Origin: Octopus sinensis
Taxonomy: Eukaryota
Reading direction: 5' to 3'
NCBI RefSeq assembly: GCF_006345805.1
Contig: NC_043003.1
Span: forward strand, 110,546,001-110,610,000
DNA length: 64,000 nt
The notes beneath the pieces are model-generated. The model saw only the letters and a program-made list of their open reading frames with translations. It had not been told where the DNA came from and did no database searches. Made by a program: the position numbers and the translations under genes. This document shows, piece by piece, positions 1 to 14,296 of the stretch. Position 1 is the stretch's first letter. Every line of letters starts with the position of its first letter.

Positions 1-307
1 AAATTTATTTATCGAAAAATACAGAATACCCTACATATGAACACATAACCACCTTTGGTCTCAGTGTATATTTTAATACATAATCACATATCCATCTCTG
101 TACCTATTTAACCTCACTGCATTAGCTTATAATTTTTTGTGTTTATTTATCCCACCCCGAAAATGAACAATTACCTCACCTGACCCGATTAATATCTATC
201 ACCAATTACTTCCCTTAGATTTTTCTACTTATTGATTCATCCACATATTCTCATATAAGAACATGGAATGAAAGCTTCTTCAGGAAATACGAAAGTACAA
301 TAACAGA

Positions 308-344
308 ATTGTCATGATTAGCGAAAGCGAAGCCGATCGACAAT
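308..344 (+). ncRNA. Minimal type-I hammerhead-like motif, A3:U8 core variant (family C, copy 1)
   Basis: ATTGTC / ATGATTA / GC-GAAA-GC / GAA / GCCGAT / C / GACAAT: 6-bp stem I, 2-bp stem II, degenerate ACCGGT stem III. About 140 nt of downstream sequence is shared with 21980-22090 and ends in (TA)n. Confidence 0.55.
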
Positions 345-482
345 CACAATACACTTTCGGTTAGATTATATTAAAACTGTGAAACTGTGAGCATTTTCCT
401 CGTATTATTTTATGCATATGTTCTGTGAATTACACCTCACGTTGGGATAATCGAAATTCTCTCTCTCCCTTCTCTTACTTAG

Positions 483-540
<58 letters not shown>

Positions 541-639
541 TCTTCTCAGCTTTTACTTTAATATCGAAGGGTAGTACATATATTAATGTATGCGTAGGTA
601 TATATATATATATTCTTCGTTTGCTCTTTAAGCCAGTTT

Positions 640-860
640 TATCAATATTTACATTTATTTAATTTGTTCTGATGCTTTACTAAAAAGCGAATATGGCGGC
701 ATTGCTCGAAGCTATATTTATTGCATATTTTGTCCCTAAGTAAAAACTTGTTATCTTCCTGTTTCAGAACTAGCTTTAAGATACATTCGCTTGCTTCTTG
801 CAGTGAGGCAGAATGTTCCACGATTATAATGTTTAGTAAATTTTGAAATTGCATTATCCC
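640..860 (-). mobile_element. Degraded Penelope-like GIY-YIG endonuclease C-terminus
   Basis: ORF 642-854 reads ASECILKLVLK...CNKYSFEQCRH, which aligns by eye to the PLE pattern CxLCLxEK...LNKRSE...CRH. It abuts (TA)n. Confidence 0.45.
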
Positions 861-1039
861 ACGATTTATTTATTTTGTCGGGAAGTATGTCTGATTTATG
901 ATTACAGTTGAATGATATATATGATGTATAGCTGTCTTGTTTCGGATTGTGACATCAACGACGTTGGTCACAAGGATGTACAGCTAACAACATAAGACTT
1001 TATGTAATCACAGCCATGGTTAGCTAGATCACCTCCCAA

Positions 1040-1320
1040 ATTTCGATTTTGGCGTTCATCTCAGTTTTCAGAATTGCTTTAGCTCTACGATTAGCATTCA
1101 TTGTTTAACCCTTTTTCTCATTAGTGGATGCTGACTTCTATCTCCTTCACATGCACCTAGATATTTATAACTGCACCGGGATCTAATTATTTTATTTCAC
1201 CGTAATTATCTTGTGCGATGTTGCATGTGTTTTGATAGATTTCCCTCGACAACTGCATTCTTGATGTATTTGCCAAACCGAAGTCCTTTTTTAAGTCATC
1301 TCGGAATTGTTTCACTATGT
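1040..1320 (-). mobile_element. Dong/R4-type (RLE) LINE fragment, RT thumb region
   Basis: Minus-strand frames give VKQFRDDLKKDFGL, SYKYLGACEGDRSQH and RRAKAILKTEMNAK, with stops and frameshifts. Confidence 0.7.
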
Positions 1321-1646
1321 GATGGACCGCTTGCACTTATTGATCGTTTTTGCAAGAGTTAATGACTTGATACAACAGTGAATATGGACTTCTTCAGAAT
1401 TTTTAGTTGTAGTACCTGTGTTGAGAATTGATATCGTAGCTGCGTACGGTTTAATTCTTTTTGTTGTTGCTGATGTTATTGTGGCTGACAATATTGTTGT
1501 TGTTGTTGTTGTTATTATCAATTTACTTTTATCCTGCATGTTTGTTGCAGTCAATTGGCAAGACACACCAAGTGTAGCGAGTGAAGGATAAGAGATGTTA
1601 CAGTATGACTGAAAGCTTGGGGAGGTGAGATAGTGAAATATCTTCA

Positions 1647-1647
<1 letters not shown>

Positions 1648-1697
<50 letters not shown>

Positions 1698-1730
1698 GAT
1701 TATTATTATTATTATTGTTATTATTATTAC
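1648..1730. repeat. (ATT)n microsatellite at the 3' end of the adjacent RLE LINE
   Basis: Directly visible tandem repeat. Confidence 0.95.
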
Positions 1731-3500
1731 TTCGTAACGCAGTGTAGGTAAAAGTGCGCCGGAGTCTTTAGTAATCTGTCGAGTCACAAGGACACCAGAC
1801 AGATAATAATTCCCTTAAGATGTGCGCTGTGTCCAATACGACTGCTTTTTGCAAGATATCAATCTTGCATGGGATTTCCAGTTGCCTTAAGAAATCTTGA
1901 AGCTTCAATGCGATTGAGCTGAACGCTCAAATCACCACCGGTTTCACTTTTACATTATCCTTTTGCATTCCATACACATTATCGTAGTGGGGCTTGTATT
2001 CATTTTGTGCCAGGCTCTCACATCCACTTAATAAGTGGTTCACATTTTCCACACTCTTCCCACAGAGTTTGCATTTATGGGTGTCAGAAGTTTTGTTGAT
2101 GTTATACTTCACTGAATTAGTAGCAAGAGCCTGGTTTTGTGCAGCAATGATCAGGCTTTCGGTGTTATGCTTCAAATCAACACGCTCAAGCTATTCCCAT
2201 CATGCTGCATTATCCTTATTGTCTTGATATTCCTGTCAAACTGTCCATGCATTCGTGTCTCTCCTGATGGTAACCGCAATCTTCTGCAAGCTACCTTCAT
2301 CCCTCAGTACATATTAAGTACTGATAATTTGCTAATCCCAAATTCCATACAGATGTTTCTACCACACTTCTAGAGTGCTTGGGTTAAGGAAACTATCTGT
2401 TTTTCAGATTTACCAAACAATTTCAGGTTATCCATAAACAGATGATTCAATGTTGGGCCTTTCTTACCACAGCGGTAACCCACCTTAACATTCCTAAGTG
2501 TCATTTTAATGGGTATTAGTGCAATTGCAAACAGTGAGTCACCTTTAATATTAACTTCTCCACGGAATGCATTACTTGAGTACAATTTGGTTTTCCACTC
2601 TTTCATACTATGCATCAGAATACTTGTGATGTTGTCAGCACCACCAAACATCTGCAAGCGTTGAGCTATCCAAGAATGACGCATCATTTCATATACCTTT
2701 TTAAAGTCAACCCAAGCCTTAGACATGTTTGTATGATGCTTTTTGCAATGCCTCAAAGCAGTTTTATCAATGACCAGGTGATCCTTGGTCCCCTCAGAAA
2801 TCTTACTACATTTTTTTGTTCCATTGATAGTATTTCTTCCTGTGCCATGAAACGATATGTCATTGCCGCACATATTCCAGTGAGTAGCTTCCAGATTATA
2901 TTCCGGCATGCTATGGGACAGTAGTCTCCCATAATATTCCATTTTCTATCTTTCATAACAAGTGTTGACCTCCAAGTCACCATCCACGCGTGGACTGTAC
3001 CTTTCTGGACAAGCTCATTTAATTGGGCTACTAAACTTTCATGCACCGCGTAGCATCTCTTCAGCGAGAAGTCCTGAATCCTATCTGGTCCGGTAGCTTT
3101 CCAGTTTACCCACTTTCACATCTCCCGTGTTTATGACAATGTTCCTTTGTTTCTTTCCTCATGGTAATTCTCACTTGATTGTTCATATCTACATTGCATC
3201 CTGTTATGCACGACATTGTTTCATCATAATCCTCTCCAAAACACTTTGCCTTGATTTGCATCAGAACCAACGTTTTCGCTATTGTTTTATTCAATCGTTC
3301 AAAAGAATTCCTTCGGGATATTTTTGAACAATCTGTTCCTTCGAACTGTTTATTTCTGTTCATAAATCTTCTGATGTCCTGGCTTTTTCCATGATCCTCT
3401 TTTACTGCATCAAACCCGTTCTTCCGTACTTTATATTTTCTCTCTAGGCTTTCTCGGTCGGTCTTTTTACCATATCCAGTTTCCATTTAACCATTGCGCA
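1730..3500 (-). mobile_element. Dong/R4-type (RLE) LINE, degraded and internally deleted
   Basis: RT motifs YCPIAC...WKLLTG, KAWVDFKKVY, GDSL and HLFMDNLKLFGK; zinc knuckle CKLCGKSVENVNHLLSGC; TESLIIAAQNQAL; terminal LQKAVVLDTAHILR-type segment. Many stops. Confidence 0.9.
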
Positions 3501-3579
3501 ACTTTTCCTAGATCATGCCTTGTCCGCATTATGTTCCTTATTATTAACATTGTCTTTGCGCAGCTCCTAACGCTGGAGA

Positions 3580-3990
3580 TGTATTACAGTGTCAGCTGTT
3601 CGCTACTAGAGAACTAAGGTAACACCCCGTATTTTTCGAGTAACTTCCGGAGTGTTCGAGCGGTTCCAAGCAGTGCTGTTTTCTGAAAGTGCTCCACCTT
3701 TATTGCAGCCCCTATTTATTCCACGTATTTATCGTACACAACTGCTTAACTTCCCAAGCTAACCTGTCATATCTCTCAAATTTTCTTTCTTCCTTATCGC
3801 ATAACTCGTCAGCTGGGCATGCTATATCGATGATCCAGTATCGATTGTTTTCTTTCTCAATTAAACTGTGTCCGTCTTCCTATTCTCTATTTGTTGGTCG
3901 TACTGAATCATAAAATCCCATAGGATCTTTGCATTTCTATTTTCGACGATGACTTCAGGTTTGTGGTCGTACCAACTTTTTGCTCTTATT
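3580..3990 (-). mobile_element. 3' end of a second RLE LINE copy (restriction-like endonuclease domain)
   Basis: Minus strand reads WYDHKPEVIVENRNAKILWDF... The nucleotide sequence is homologous to 46260-46660. Confidence 0.8.
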
Positions 3991-4147
3991 TTCCCTAATT
4001 ATTTTCATTAATAAAACCATTATGCGTAATGGTTTTATTGACACCCAAACATTGTTTGAGATATCGATTCGAATATACTTCGATGAACAATCTCTCTAGA
4101 ATATCGTTTAAATATATACATACATACATATATATATGTACATATAT

Positions 4148-4185
<38 letters not shown>

Positions 4186-4688
4186 ACACATACGTATATA
4201 TACATACATACATGTACATACCTATATCTATATGTATATATACATGCATATATGAGTACAGGACACCAAAAAAAAAACGTTGAACACAATGAGTAACGAA
4301 AGCATAAAAACAAAAACATGGAATTTGACTTTTTTCTAAACAACGTAAAAACAGAGTACCAGACATACAACACAAGGAATATTCCCCTTCTTCAGTTGCC
4401 CCTGTTTCGGCTACTCCGCGTTCCGAAGGTAATATAATGCATAAAATAGATATCTAATGGCATACACTTGCATAGTGAGCAGGTTGATATTTATCAAACA
4501 TGGTATAAGAAAATTGTAATGGTAAGTACTGAATATTCAACGAAAGAAATGCAAGCACAGGTAAATTATGCACATGAAGTAAAATGTTTTTATTGAACCC
4601 AGACTTTAGAATCGTTTAAATACAAATGATTATTTTTTAACAAACATTTATAGTGGAAACTTGAGAAATGAAATATGAATATCCAAAA

Positions 4689-4724
<36 letters not shown>

Positions 4725-6477
4725 TAGTTACATCTGCTTACACAAATATATATGCTTTTTGTTATACATACGTGTATCTACGTTTTTCCTATGTTTATAA
4801 AGAAGAAACATGTCTTACTCTATAAAGTAACATATACCGTAATAAATTAACTAAAACCAAATTACAGTGATAGAATACATTTAATCTAGTTCTACCAAAA
4901 GCAGTGAAATTCGATGAACTGGAGAAGAAAACCGTATAGAAATGTATAGACGATACACAACTGCTAACTAATGTTCTACTTGTTTCTTCAATTGTATCTG
5001 ACTTTTTTTTCCATGTGGCATGTTATCCATTCATGACAATTTACCATTCGTTTGAATTGAAACGAAAACAAACAAAAGAAAGAAAGTGTAAGATATTGTT
5101 TAAATCGTTTGCAAGAATAACTTTGACTGAGTCGATATTCTTCTGTTAGATATTGGAGTAGAAAATACGTAAAAACTGAAGACGGACTTAAAGCGACCCA
5201 ATACATAATTATTTATCACTCTTATATTCAAAAGCTCTAATATAAATGAAAGGTAAATCAATCACACAATCAGGTCAATTGGGGAAAATAAGCTGATTAC
5301 TAAAAGCTTATGGAATATTTCTAAATTTTTCCGTTCTCTAAGCAGTTAATTGTCCGTAACCATGATACTGAAGTGTGTGTATATAAATCTATGTTTATGC
5401 GCTCGTATTTATGTATCTGCGCGGATATCCTAGCGTTATAACTCACCACCTGTGAAATTGTAAGTTTCTAGTTTAGAAACACGGCTCTTTCATTTGTAAT
5501 TGATATAAAATCAGCTAAACAGTCACGTATCTATATATTTGCCCACATTGTACGTGTGCTTCTAAGCCAATACATTTGTGTCTCCTTGTTTTCAATTATA
5601 TATTACACATAACTGTTTGCTTGTCCAGTTATGTACACATAAAGATTAACAGATATGTGGAGGCAGACCATCTGCGAATAGATTTACAAATAGATAACAA
5701 GCAGTCGTAAATTTTAAAACAACATATTGAGCAGATACCTAATTTTGACATCGAGCTTCACTGCCAGAATATCATTTTATACATAAGGATAATTTGTTGA
5801 TAATAAAGTTTCTATCTAAAGAGATTCTGCACGAACAATATATAAACAACAAAATCTGCAGAATATTCCGACTAACGGAAGGTATTTTTCGTTTTTGGTC
5901 ATGTATTAGCTTTTGCCCTCAAGAATTTATTGGTTATAAATATTACGGAAAATGTAATTCCTTAAATTCGAATATACAGTTCAACTGAAAATGATATTCG
6001 CAATTACGATAAGCATGTTTTCTATACATTAAATCTGAAACATGCAGTACTGTAAATATAATGGCAGCACATTCATGCTTTGAACGGAAGCGAAAAATGA
6101 AACGAAATCAATAACCCTTTTAATTGAGGTCTTCAAATAATGTTTGCAATTATGGAACGCATTAAATTCATTGGCCAGCGTCTTTGAGCAAATAATTTTC
6201 TTGTGATGTGTAACAGTATTTCAAAATCCAATTAGATATTCCCATTGTGATGTTTCAGCCAAACAACGTCAATTAACATCAAGACAAATGCAGTTGCGTA
6301 TTGTGTTTTTATGATTACATTAACGTGAAACAGAATATTACAGAATGCACTTAAGGTGGGATTTAAAAAAAAAAAAAAAACCATGGTAAAAGATTTTTCT
6401 TGCTACCTCCCGATTTATGTGTTTTCCGTTGCGTTATTCTGTTCTTCGTTTAGTACTACTCAATTCATGCACACATG

Positions 6478-6539
<62 letters not shown>

Positions 6540-6588
6540 AAGGGTGGGACGTATATAGATATATAGATATATACATATATATATATAT

Positions 6589-6629
<41 letters not shown>

Positions 6630-6630
<1 letters not shown>

Positions 6631-7070
6631 CAGGGTGGGGCAGAGAGGACGGTATTTTTTGAGAAAATCACAAAATCATTAATTTTAGTTGCAAACAAAT
6701 TTTCTTAACATCAACTTATTCGTATTGAATTAGCATTTGTCAAAATTAACTGTGGAAAAGCAACATCCATCATGTGGTGTCCGTTTTTATTGATGCATTT
6801 CTGAAGGCGTTCTTAGAAGTACGTCCCCACTCTCTCCAGGATTGCTCTGTCGATGTATGGGACTTCCAATCGAAGAACTTCCTTCAAATCGTCCAATATA
6901 CGGGGCTTAGGCACGTATACACGTGCCTTGAGATTTCCCCACGAGGAATAATGACACATGAAGAATCAGGGGACCGAGAAGTCCAAGGAATTTCACCGAA
7001 GACAGGGCGAAGAACGTCCATTGATTCTGTGGGTGTGCGGGTCGTAGGTCCATCCCTGCCTTCAGGTTTG
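6630..7070 (-). mobile_element. Tc1/mariner transposase C-terminal relic with one terminal repeat
   Basis: Minus-strand frames give WTSRSPD (WPPRSPDL-like) and WGNLKARVYVPKPRILDDLKEVLR...ERLQKCINKNGHHM. A CAGGGTGGGGCA TIR-like end lies at about 6630. Confidence 0.75.
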
Positions 7071-7078
7071 TTACATAT

Positions 7079-7110
<32 letters not shown>

Positions 7111-7187
7111 CATGGGTGTGTGTGTATGTGTGTGTATATATATATATGTTATGTATGTATATGTATAGGTATATATATATATATAAT

Positions 7188-7219
<32 letters not shown>

Positions 7220-7562
7220 GTGTGTGTGTGTGTATGTGAGCACTTCATCGTTTACGACTAAATGGGTCCCAGCTGAGTGGGCTGGAGCAATTTATATATA
7301 TATACACCTAAACAAACACAACCTCCAATATGTGTATCTATCTTGTCGATATGTCCGACAAGACAGAAAGATGTTTAGTGGTAGTATGTCCGAAAGCTTC
7401 AGAGGATCGTTTCACACATTCAATATCCCTTTTCGTTGTCAATGCGTATTCGTAAGTTTGTATTACTTTCGTAACTTACATTCGTAAGTTTTGTACATCC
7501 TAGAATCAATCCAATACTGAAACGGAAACTGCGGAAGATGCCGTTAGGTGGCTATATATATG

Positions 7563-7655
<93 letters not shown>

Positions 7656-7671
7656 TGTAACGTAACAGTTC

Positions 7672-7727
7672 AGAAGAAGCCCTTGGTTACATATCTAGCG
7701 GGAACTAGATATCTCCTCAGTTTCTCT
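7672..7727 (-). ncRNA. Degenerate minimal hammerhead motif in the terminal repeat of the adjacent Penelope fragment
   Basis: AGAGAAA / CTGAGGA / G / ATATCTAG-TTCCCG-CTAGATAT / GTA (expected GAA) / ACCAAGGG / C / TTCTTCT. Perfect 8-bp stem II. Lies about 35 nt 3' of the GIY-YIG ORF stop on the same strand. Confidence 0.65.
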
Positions 7728-7761
7728 AAACCATATATTTTCTCTGCAAAGAATTATTTTT

Positions 7762-8160
7762 CTAACCACAAGAACACCGGTGATAGTCCCCAAAAATATT
7801 CCTCCTAAAAAGTATAATCAGTTGAGTGGTCTTCCATCGCTTTATAGCTAGGTCTTCCAATTTTTGAGTAAATTTTCCGAAAATGTGGACAACTCCTCCA
7901 CCTTCAGTCCTGGAGTTCCGGTAGCCTCCAGGCTCATGCGAGTTCATAAGGATTATATATCTTTCTGCCATACTTAATTTACATAGTCTCGTCCCATTGC
8001 GAGAGGGTCCACAAGTTTCCAGTAATTTGCACCTGATTTTAAAAGACGTATGGTCGTTCTTTAGGCGCCATACGTATGCTGCGGGTGTCGTTGTATTTCG
8101 TCTCTCCGGGACCCTGAAAGAAAATCTGTGGTTGTTCAGGGGAATTTTAAATTTGGACAC
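7762..8160 (-). mobile_element. Penelope-like element GIY-YIG endonuclease, C-terminal half
   Basis: NNHRFSFRVPERRNTTTPAAYVWRLKNDHTSFKIRCKLLETCGPSRNGTRLCKLSMAERYIIL...NSRTE matches the PLE endonuclease pattern NH+xSF...T.LSxYVWxLK...CxLCLxE+..I...LNxRxE. Confidence 0.8.
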
Positions 8161-9225
8161 GCAAGTTCTGACATAAAATTTAGTGTGTGTCCCTGTGTTG
8201 GCATTGATATTACTGATATTAGTGATGCTTCTTTTTGAGGCCACTATATATACAAGAACTTGCACTCTAACAGATACTGGGTTCATACATAGGACTATGA
8301 CCTTATGTATATTCCTCCATACGTGTATATACACATGCGTGTGTGTGTGTGTGAATTTGTGTTTGTGTGACCGTGTGTGTATACCTGCCTTAATATTCAA
8401 TAGAGTGGCTACAACTAACATTTATATGTCTACTAAATGCGAAATAGAATATAAAATGGCTGTTTAAAACACCCATATTAAGTTATCTTTTGGCAAAACT
8501 TTGCTCTTGACTCATTGATAAAGCTAGTGAAATGCTACAAATCATGTTACTGATATAGGACAAGTGAAACGGCACAAATTATGATAAAATCAAGTTGTTT
8601 CTGGATATCTATCTACGTGGCAACCTAACTACATGTCTAGCTTTGCAGGTAGCTAGCAATAGGGAGATGTATACACATGTACACACACCGACCACATCAT
8701 TTCAGCAAGCCGGATTTACATGCTTTTTCAGCAGTGTGTACGCAGTTCTTAAAATATCTGAAATCCTTAGAGATTCTCTATCTTTCTTTCTCTCTCTATT
8801 TCCTTTCCTTCTTTGTTTCTTTTTTTCTTCTTTCTTCTATAGACATACGCACACATTTGTATCTAACATTATACATGTTACAGACGATAGAGTGCAGCCA
8901 TGGTGGGGTACCGCATTAAAAATATTTTAGTCGGCCACATAATCTGGTATTTTTTTCATACCTGGTCCTTATTTTATCGGGCTCTAGTAATGAACCAAAA
9001 AGCTACGGGGACGTAAACACAATAGCAACGTATGCCAAGCGGCGTGATGAAAACGCGGTCAAAACGACACATATACTCACTCACACATAGACACACACAC
9101 GATAATGTTGACGGACATGAATGAGTGCTCGACATTTACGCATCAATGGTTCCAGCGTCTTCAAACATCGGTTATGCACTAAATATGAACAAAGATAGAA
9201 ACAAACCACGGAAAAACACAAAATT

Positions 9226-9287
<62 letters not shown>

Positions 9288-9492
9288 TGTATGTATATAT
9301 ATATAATATACTATATATATATATGTATGTATATATATGTATATATATATGTATATACATACATACATATATATATATATGTATATATATGTATATCTAT
9401 ATATGTATATACATACATACATATATATTATATATGTATATATATGTATATATATATATGTATATACATACATACATATATATATATGTATG

Positions 9493-9540
<48 letters not shown>

Positions 9541-10392
9541 TATCTTCACCGTGAGCAGGGATTAATCTTCCCTCTTCGCTCCCTTGCATCACATGGTCCT
9601 CAACACACCCCTCTTCATCTAACCTTTCTCCTACCTTCGTCTCACACCTATTTCCTCCCTCACCTCTCCTCTGTTGCTCTGGCACATACTGCCTCTCTTC
9701 ACTCCGACCCACCTTCTCCCTTCAACTCTTTCCCTTCATCGTCCCCCTCCCTCATTACCCCACCCCTACACATTCCAACGAGACCATCCCTATACATCCC
9801 ATCCCACCCCTCCAATCGCTTATACACCATCCTTGCTTCCCCCACTTTCGCATCCCCCACGCCCCAACATCCCCACACCACACACCACTACTACACACAA
9901 CCAACCACACACCACCACACCACACGCCACCATAACACACCACAATGCATCACACCACCACGCAAACACTAGCACTGACCATTTCCTAGCACCCACACCA
10001 GCGCACACACTACTACTGACCACTTCCCAGTTCTTACACCACCATCCACACACCAACATATGCACACACGCACACGTCAATATCACCCGCCCTCTTCAGC
10101 ACGCACAAACATGCGCACGCGCACCTGTGTTTTGGTATCACCACTACTTGATTATCTCCCCTTCTCCCTAGCTCTCATGTTGACACCTCTGACCGGCATT
10201 CGCCATGATAAATTCCTTGCCACTAAACCTTTTTCTATTTTCGCTCCCTGTTTATTTCTCTCTTCCTTTCTGTGGAAGAGCTTAGGCTCGAAGTATAAAA
10301 TGCTTTCTCACTTCCCGAGCGTTAAACTAATACATATGTTTGTTGTTTACACACCTGTCTTCGTGTTTTGCATTATTTTGTAAATTCTCACT
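9541..10392 (+). mobile_element. 5'-truncated Penelope-like element: last GIY-YIG codons, C/A-rich 3' region and family-A hammerhead repeat, between two (TA)n arrays
   Basis: 9541-9622 reads [18 protein letters not shown], then (with one frameshift) LNTPLFI*, the typical PLE endonuclease ending (...LIFxLxxLxPHGLN). The HHR-like motif is at 10266-10302. Confidence 0.65.
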
Positions 10393-10407
10393 ATATATAT
10401 ACATACA

Positions 10408-10523
<116 letters not shown>

Positions 10524-13500
10524 GTATATATATATACATACATATATATATAATATCTAAGATTATATAAATGCCATTTATTCCTCTTATATATTTATAA
10601 AACAATTTAATGCAGCGATAGTTAAAATCATGATTAGCATAGTTTCTTATTCTATATATTGAATCTTACGTAATTATGAACATAATGGCATGATCTAAAT
10701 ACTTTTGAAACGCATTTGGAAAAAAAAAACGACAAACAGCAATCAATAACCCTTTTAATAAAGGTCGTTAAATTAGGCTTGCAGTTTTGGAATGGATTAA
10801 CTTCTTTCAATCAGATAATAATATAGAGAGTACAGCAGTTTAAATGTATCCAATTATATTTGGCATTACAAATTTTAACCCCAAATATTGCAATCAACAT
10901 TAAGCTAAAGGGGATATAACGTATGATTATATAAATCTGAACGAAAATATTATGAAATATATCAAACACTGTGATCTTGAACGGAAGATATTAGATTACT
11001 CTTTGATTACCATCACATTTCTTCATGGTTCGTGGCATTTTTATATTTCTTATAAAATATAAATGCAAATACATAAATGCATACATACGTACTTGTAGTA
11101 TAATATAATGCTATACATACAGACCCACACACTCACGCTCATATATACATATACATACGCATTTATGTATATCTGTATCTATTATGTATGTATGTGTGTG
11201 TCTGTGTATTCATAAATTATCATTATTCTCATTATATTCATCACCATCATCCCCTTCATCATGACATATTGCACGTATTTTTCTATATCGCTTCTCCTTA
11301 TCTTCCTTATTGCTGTTAATACCTAATGACTTATGTTCCTGTATTTATAAAATATGTAATTTGTATACACACTCACAGACACACGCACACATAGAAATAC
11401 ATATGTATGTGTACGGATATGCATAAGCATACACATATGCATATATGTGTATGCATTTATAGACGTATATATCCCACACACACACCCCCCACCACACACA
11501 CACACACACATATATTTAGTATAATATATATATATAAGATATATATATATAATACATATATATATATATATACATATATATATAAATATACGTGCTGAGT
11601 GAATTTTGTGTGTGCGTCTATGTTTGTGTGTATGCGTGTGTATTTGTATTTGTTGCGTTTGCACTTTTTTATTGCAGCCCATGTAGAAATCTTCTTCATT
11701 GAAATTGAGAAAGAAATAATCGGGACTGTAAATAACCTAAAACGGAGTCTTTAAAATATATATATAATCCATTGTATCTAATTTTATTTTTATCATTTGT
11801 TTCATTTTCGTGGTTTTGTTTCATATATTTAAAGCATCATTCGTCAGGGTTTTATGTTTTTAATATCAATTTAGTCAACTGATATATTATTTCACTTTTA
11901 AGAACCCTACGTTCTGGTGAATTACAATAGGAGGTGCATTAAAAACTGCCCGACTTTATTTTTCCTTCGAAATCTAATGCCGCGTGTGCAAAATACTTTC
12001 TACGCATGTGTGAAAATTTTCACGTCGGTAGGGTGCGTCAGATTCCGACTGTTACGTCTAGATTAAAAAGTTACTATAGGCGTATGATTTCACATACTTA
12101 TACTTACCCATGTGCATCTCAGTCAAAGTAGCAATACCAATGATGTTTCTTAATTTCTTAGCAATTTGTCACTGTTCTTAGGTTTATATTATCGCATAAT
12201 GTTCTCAAGTCTCTGTTTTTGTCTCCCTATTTGGCTTTTTGGCTTAAAAATAAAGAGCCGCCAACTCCGCCAATTTGCGAGGGATAATGTATGAGAGACA
12301 ATATTTGGAATTCATGTTTGCTAGTTGCCTCGAACATTTCTTATAAAATATTGCTTTTTCTGTCAGGTTGCTTTATGACGATGTATCCTTAAATTACTCA
12401 ACGAGTATGATGGCAGCAAGCGAACTACTTCACGGAATAATTCCTAGCACTTAATACAAATTTATGGTCGTGTGTTCAACATTTTACATCAAGAAATTTC
12501 TACATTTTTCAATCTCTGCAGGATGTCAGGGAAAGGGATAAATATCAAAGTGCAATTGATTCCAACACACGAAATTTTATATCGATAAACAGTTTCGAGA
12601 TTCCCTGAATATTTTGTGATGTTAAAACGACAACAACCAGGGATTGAAACTCCTTAACATCTAAAAATATAACAGGGTTCACGTCATAATATCCTCTAGT
12701 TGTAAATGCAAGTAGATACATATATATACATATGTAAATATACACATTCTTGTGTGGCTTTTAGTCACATAAATTCATTGACACTTCGGTAGTACTTTAC
12801 TCATTTTCCAAGCATCACAAAAATCACCAAGAAGGATTGATGAAGAAGTATATTCTTCTCCTTCCTACGTCTGGCCGTCCATGCAAAATAGACCACTGTA
12901 ATTTCCACCCCCGCCATATGTAACGTATAGATACGTATAAATTGTTACAGTCTCTGTAATCTTACTTCGTATTATGTATTTGTGTCATATGCCTGTACTA
13001 TTTATGCATACATAACTGTGTGTGTATTTAGTATATGAGCATAAATTGTGTACATGCTTACATGTGTATTTGGTGTATTTTACTTACATGTTTCTGTGTC
13101 ACTATACACATATGTGAACGAGAATATATTGTAAATTGCTGGGCTATCGAGGACTGGAATGGATATTCTACATTGACACCCTGGCAAATGGGTAAATTTC
13201 ATACACTTAAAAAAAAGAGTACAGAAGAGTAGGCACTAAGAAATGTCGACGATATATACAATTCACAGATGGTAGAAACATCGGTCTTCAAGACTACATA
13301 CATAAGACAAGTATAAACATAACTATTTTCCTATATGTTCTCCGTTTGACAATTCTACGTATAAACTTTCAGATCAGTACATTTTACGAAATATAACCGA
13401 AAGTTATTACAATCCCCATGTTATAGTATGTCACCAATGATAGTAGACATATAAACTTTGGCGCTTTGAATTATCTTAGCTGAATATCAATTGAGGAACA

Positions 13501-14265
13501 AGTTATACGTGTTTATATAAAACATCTATTTTTATATTTGGAACGCAGTCATCAAACACACTTATTGGCAGTTGGACACCATTATTCACTTGAAGATGAT
13601 CACCTCCGGGAGAGTATAATTTTCATCAGATGATGTTTAAGAACTTTCATCGTGACATAATCAATCATATGAAATTATTGAAGAAATTGGCATTGCGTAG
13701 GAAAGAATATAACGCCTGCAGTAATGCCGTCAGATATTCTGGAGTCAAATTTCACACACACACACACACACGCACGCACGCACACACACACACACACATA
13801 TATATATATAGGGAGAGAAAGAGAGAGAGAGAAATGTAATGCATATACAAATATATATTCCTGTATATGTACATATATCACACATTCACTCACAGACTAC
13901 TCATATACATATATCTTCTTTGACACACACACATATGCATATGTGTGTATGTTAGTGTGTCTGCTTGTGTGTGAGTGTGTTTTTGTATGTGTGTGTAAGT
14001 GTGTGTGTAAGTGTGTGTGTGTAAACAATCATAATATGGTGGGTTTTAGATCGTAAAGTTAGGTAAATTCAGAATAAACTACCTTTACGATAGTTTTGCT
14101 AAACTTTCATTATGCCCTTTCTACCATCCATGTTCGACAGCTTGCATTAGCAAGTAATATACATATATACATACATACATACATATTAATATATTATATA
14201 TATATATTATATATATATATATATTATGTATGTATATATATATATACATATGCATATATACATAC

Positions 14266-14296
<31 letters not shown>

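Noticed and set aside
200-290. Minus-strand CTGAAGA-long hairpin-GAAA motif; similar weak motifs at about 4385-4430, 9125-9170 and 16990-17030
   Set aside because: Too degenerate (stem I or GAAA not recoverable) to call without a family consensus.
642-854. ORF as a possible GABBR2 coiled-coil exon
   Set aside because: No suitable splice sites or heptad match; the CxLxL..K / NK / CRH spacing fits a Penelope endonuclease relic better.
5447-5449. TTTCACAG-GTG-GTGAGT as a 3-nt microexon on the minus strand
   Set aside because: Expected by chance in 64 kb, with no supporting evidence.
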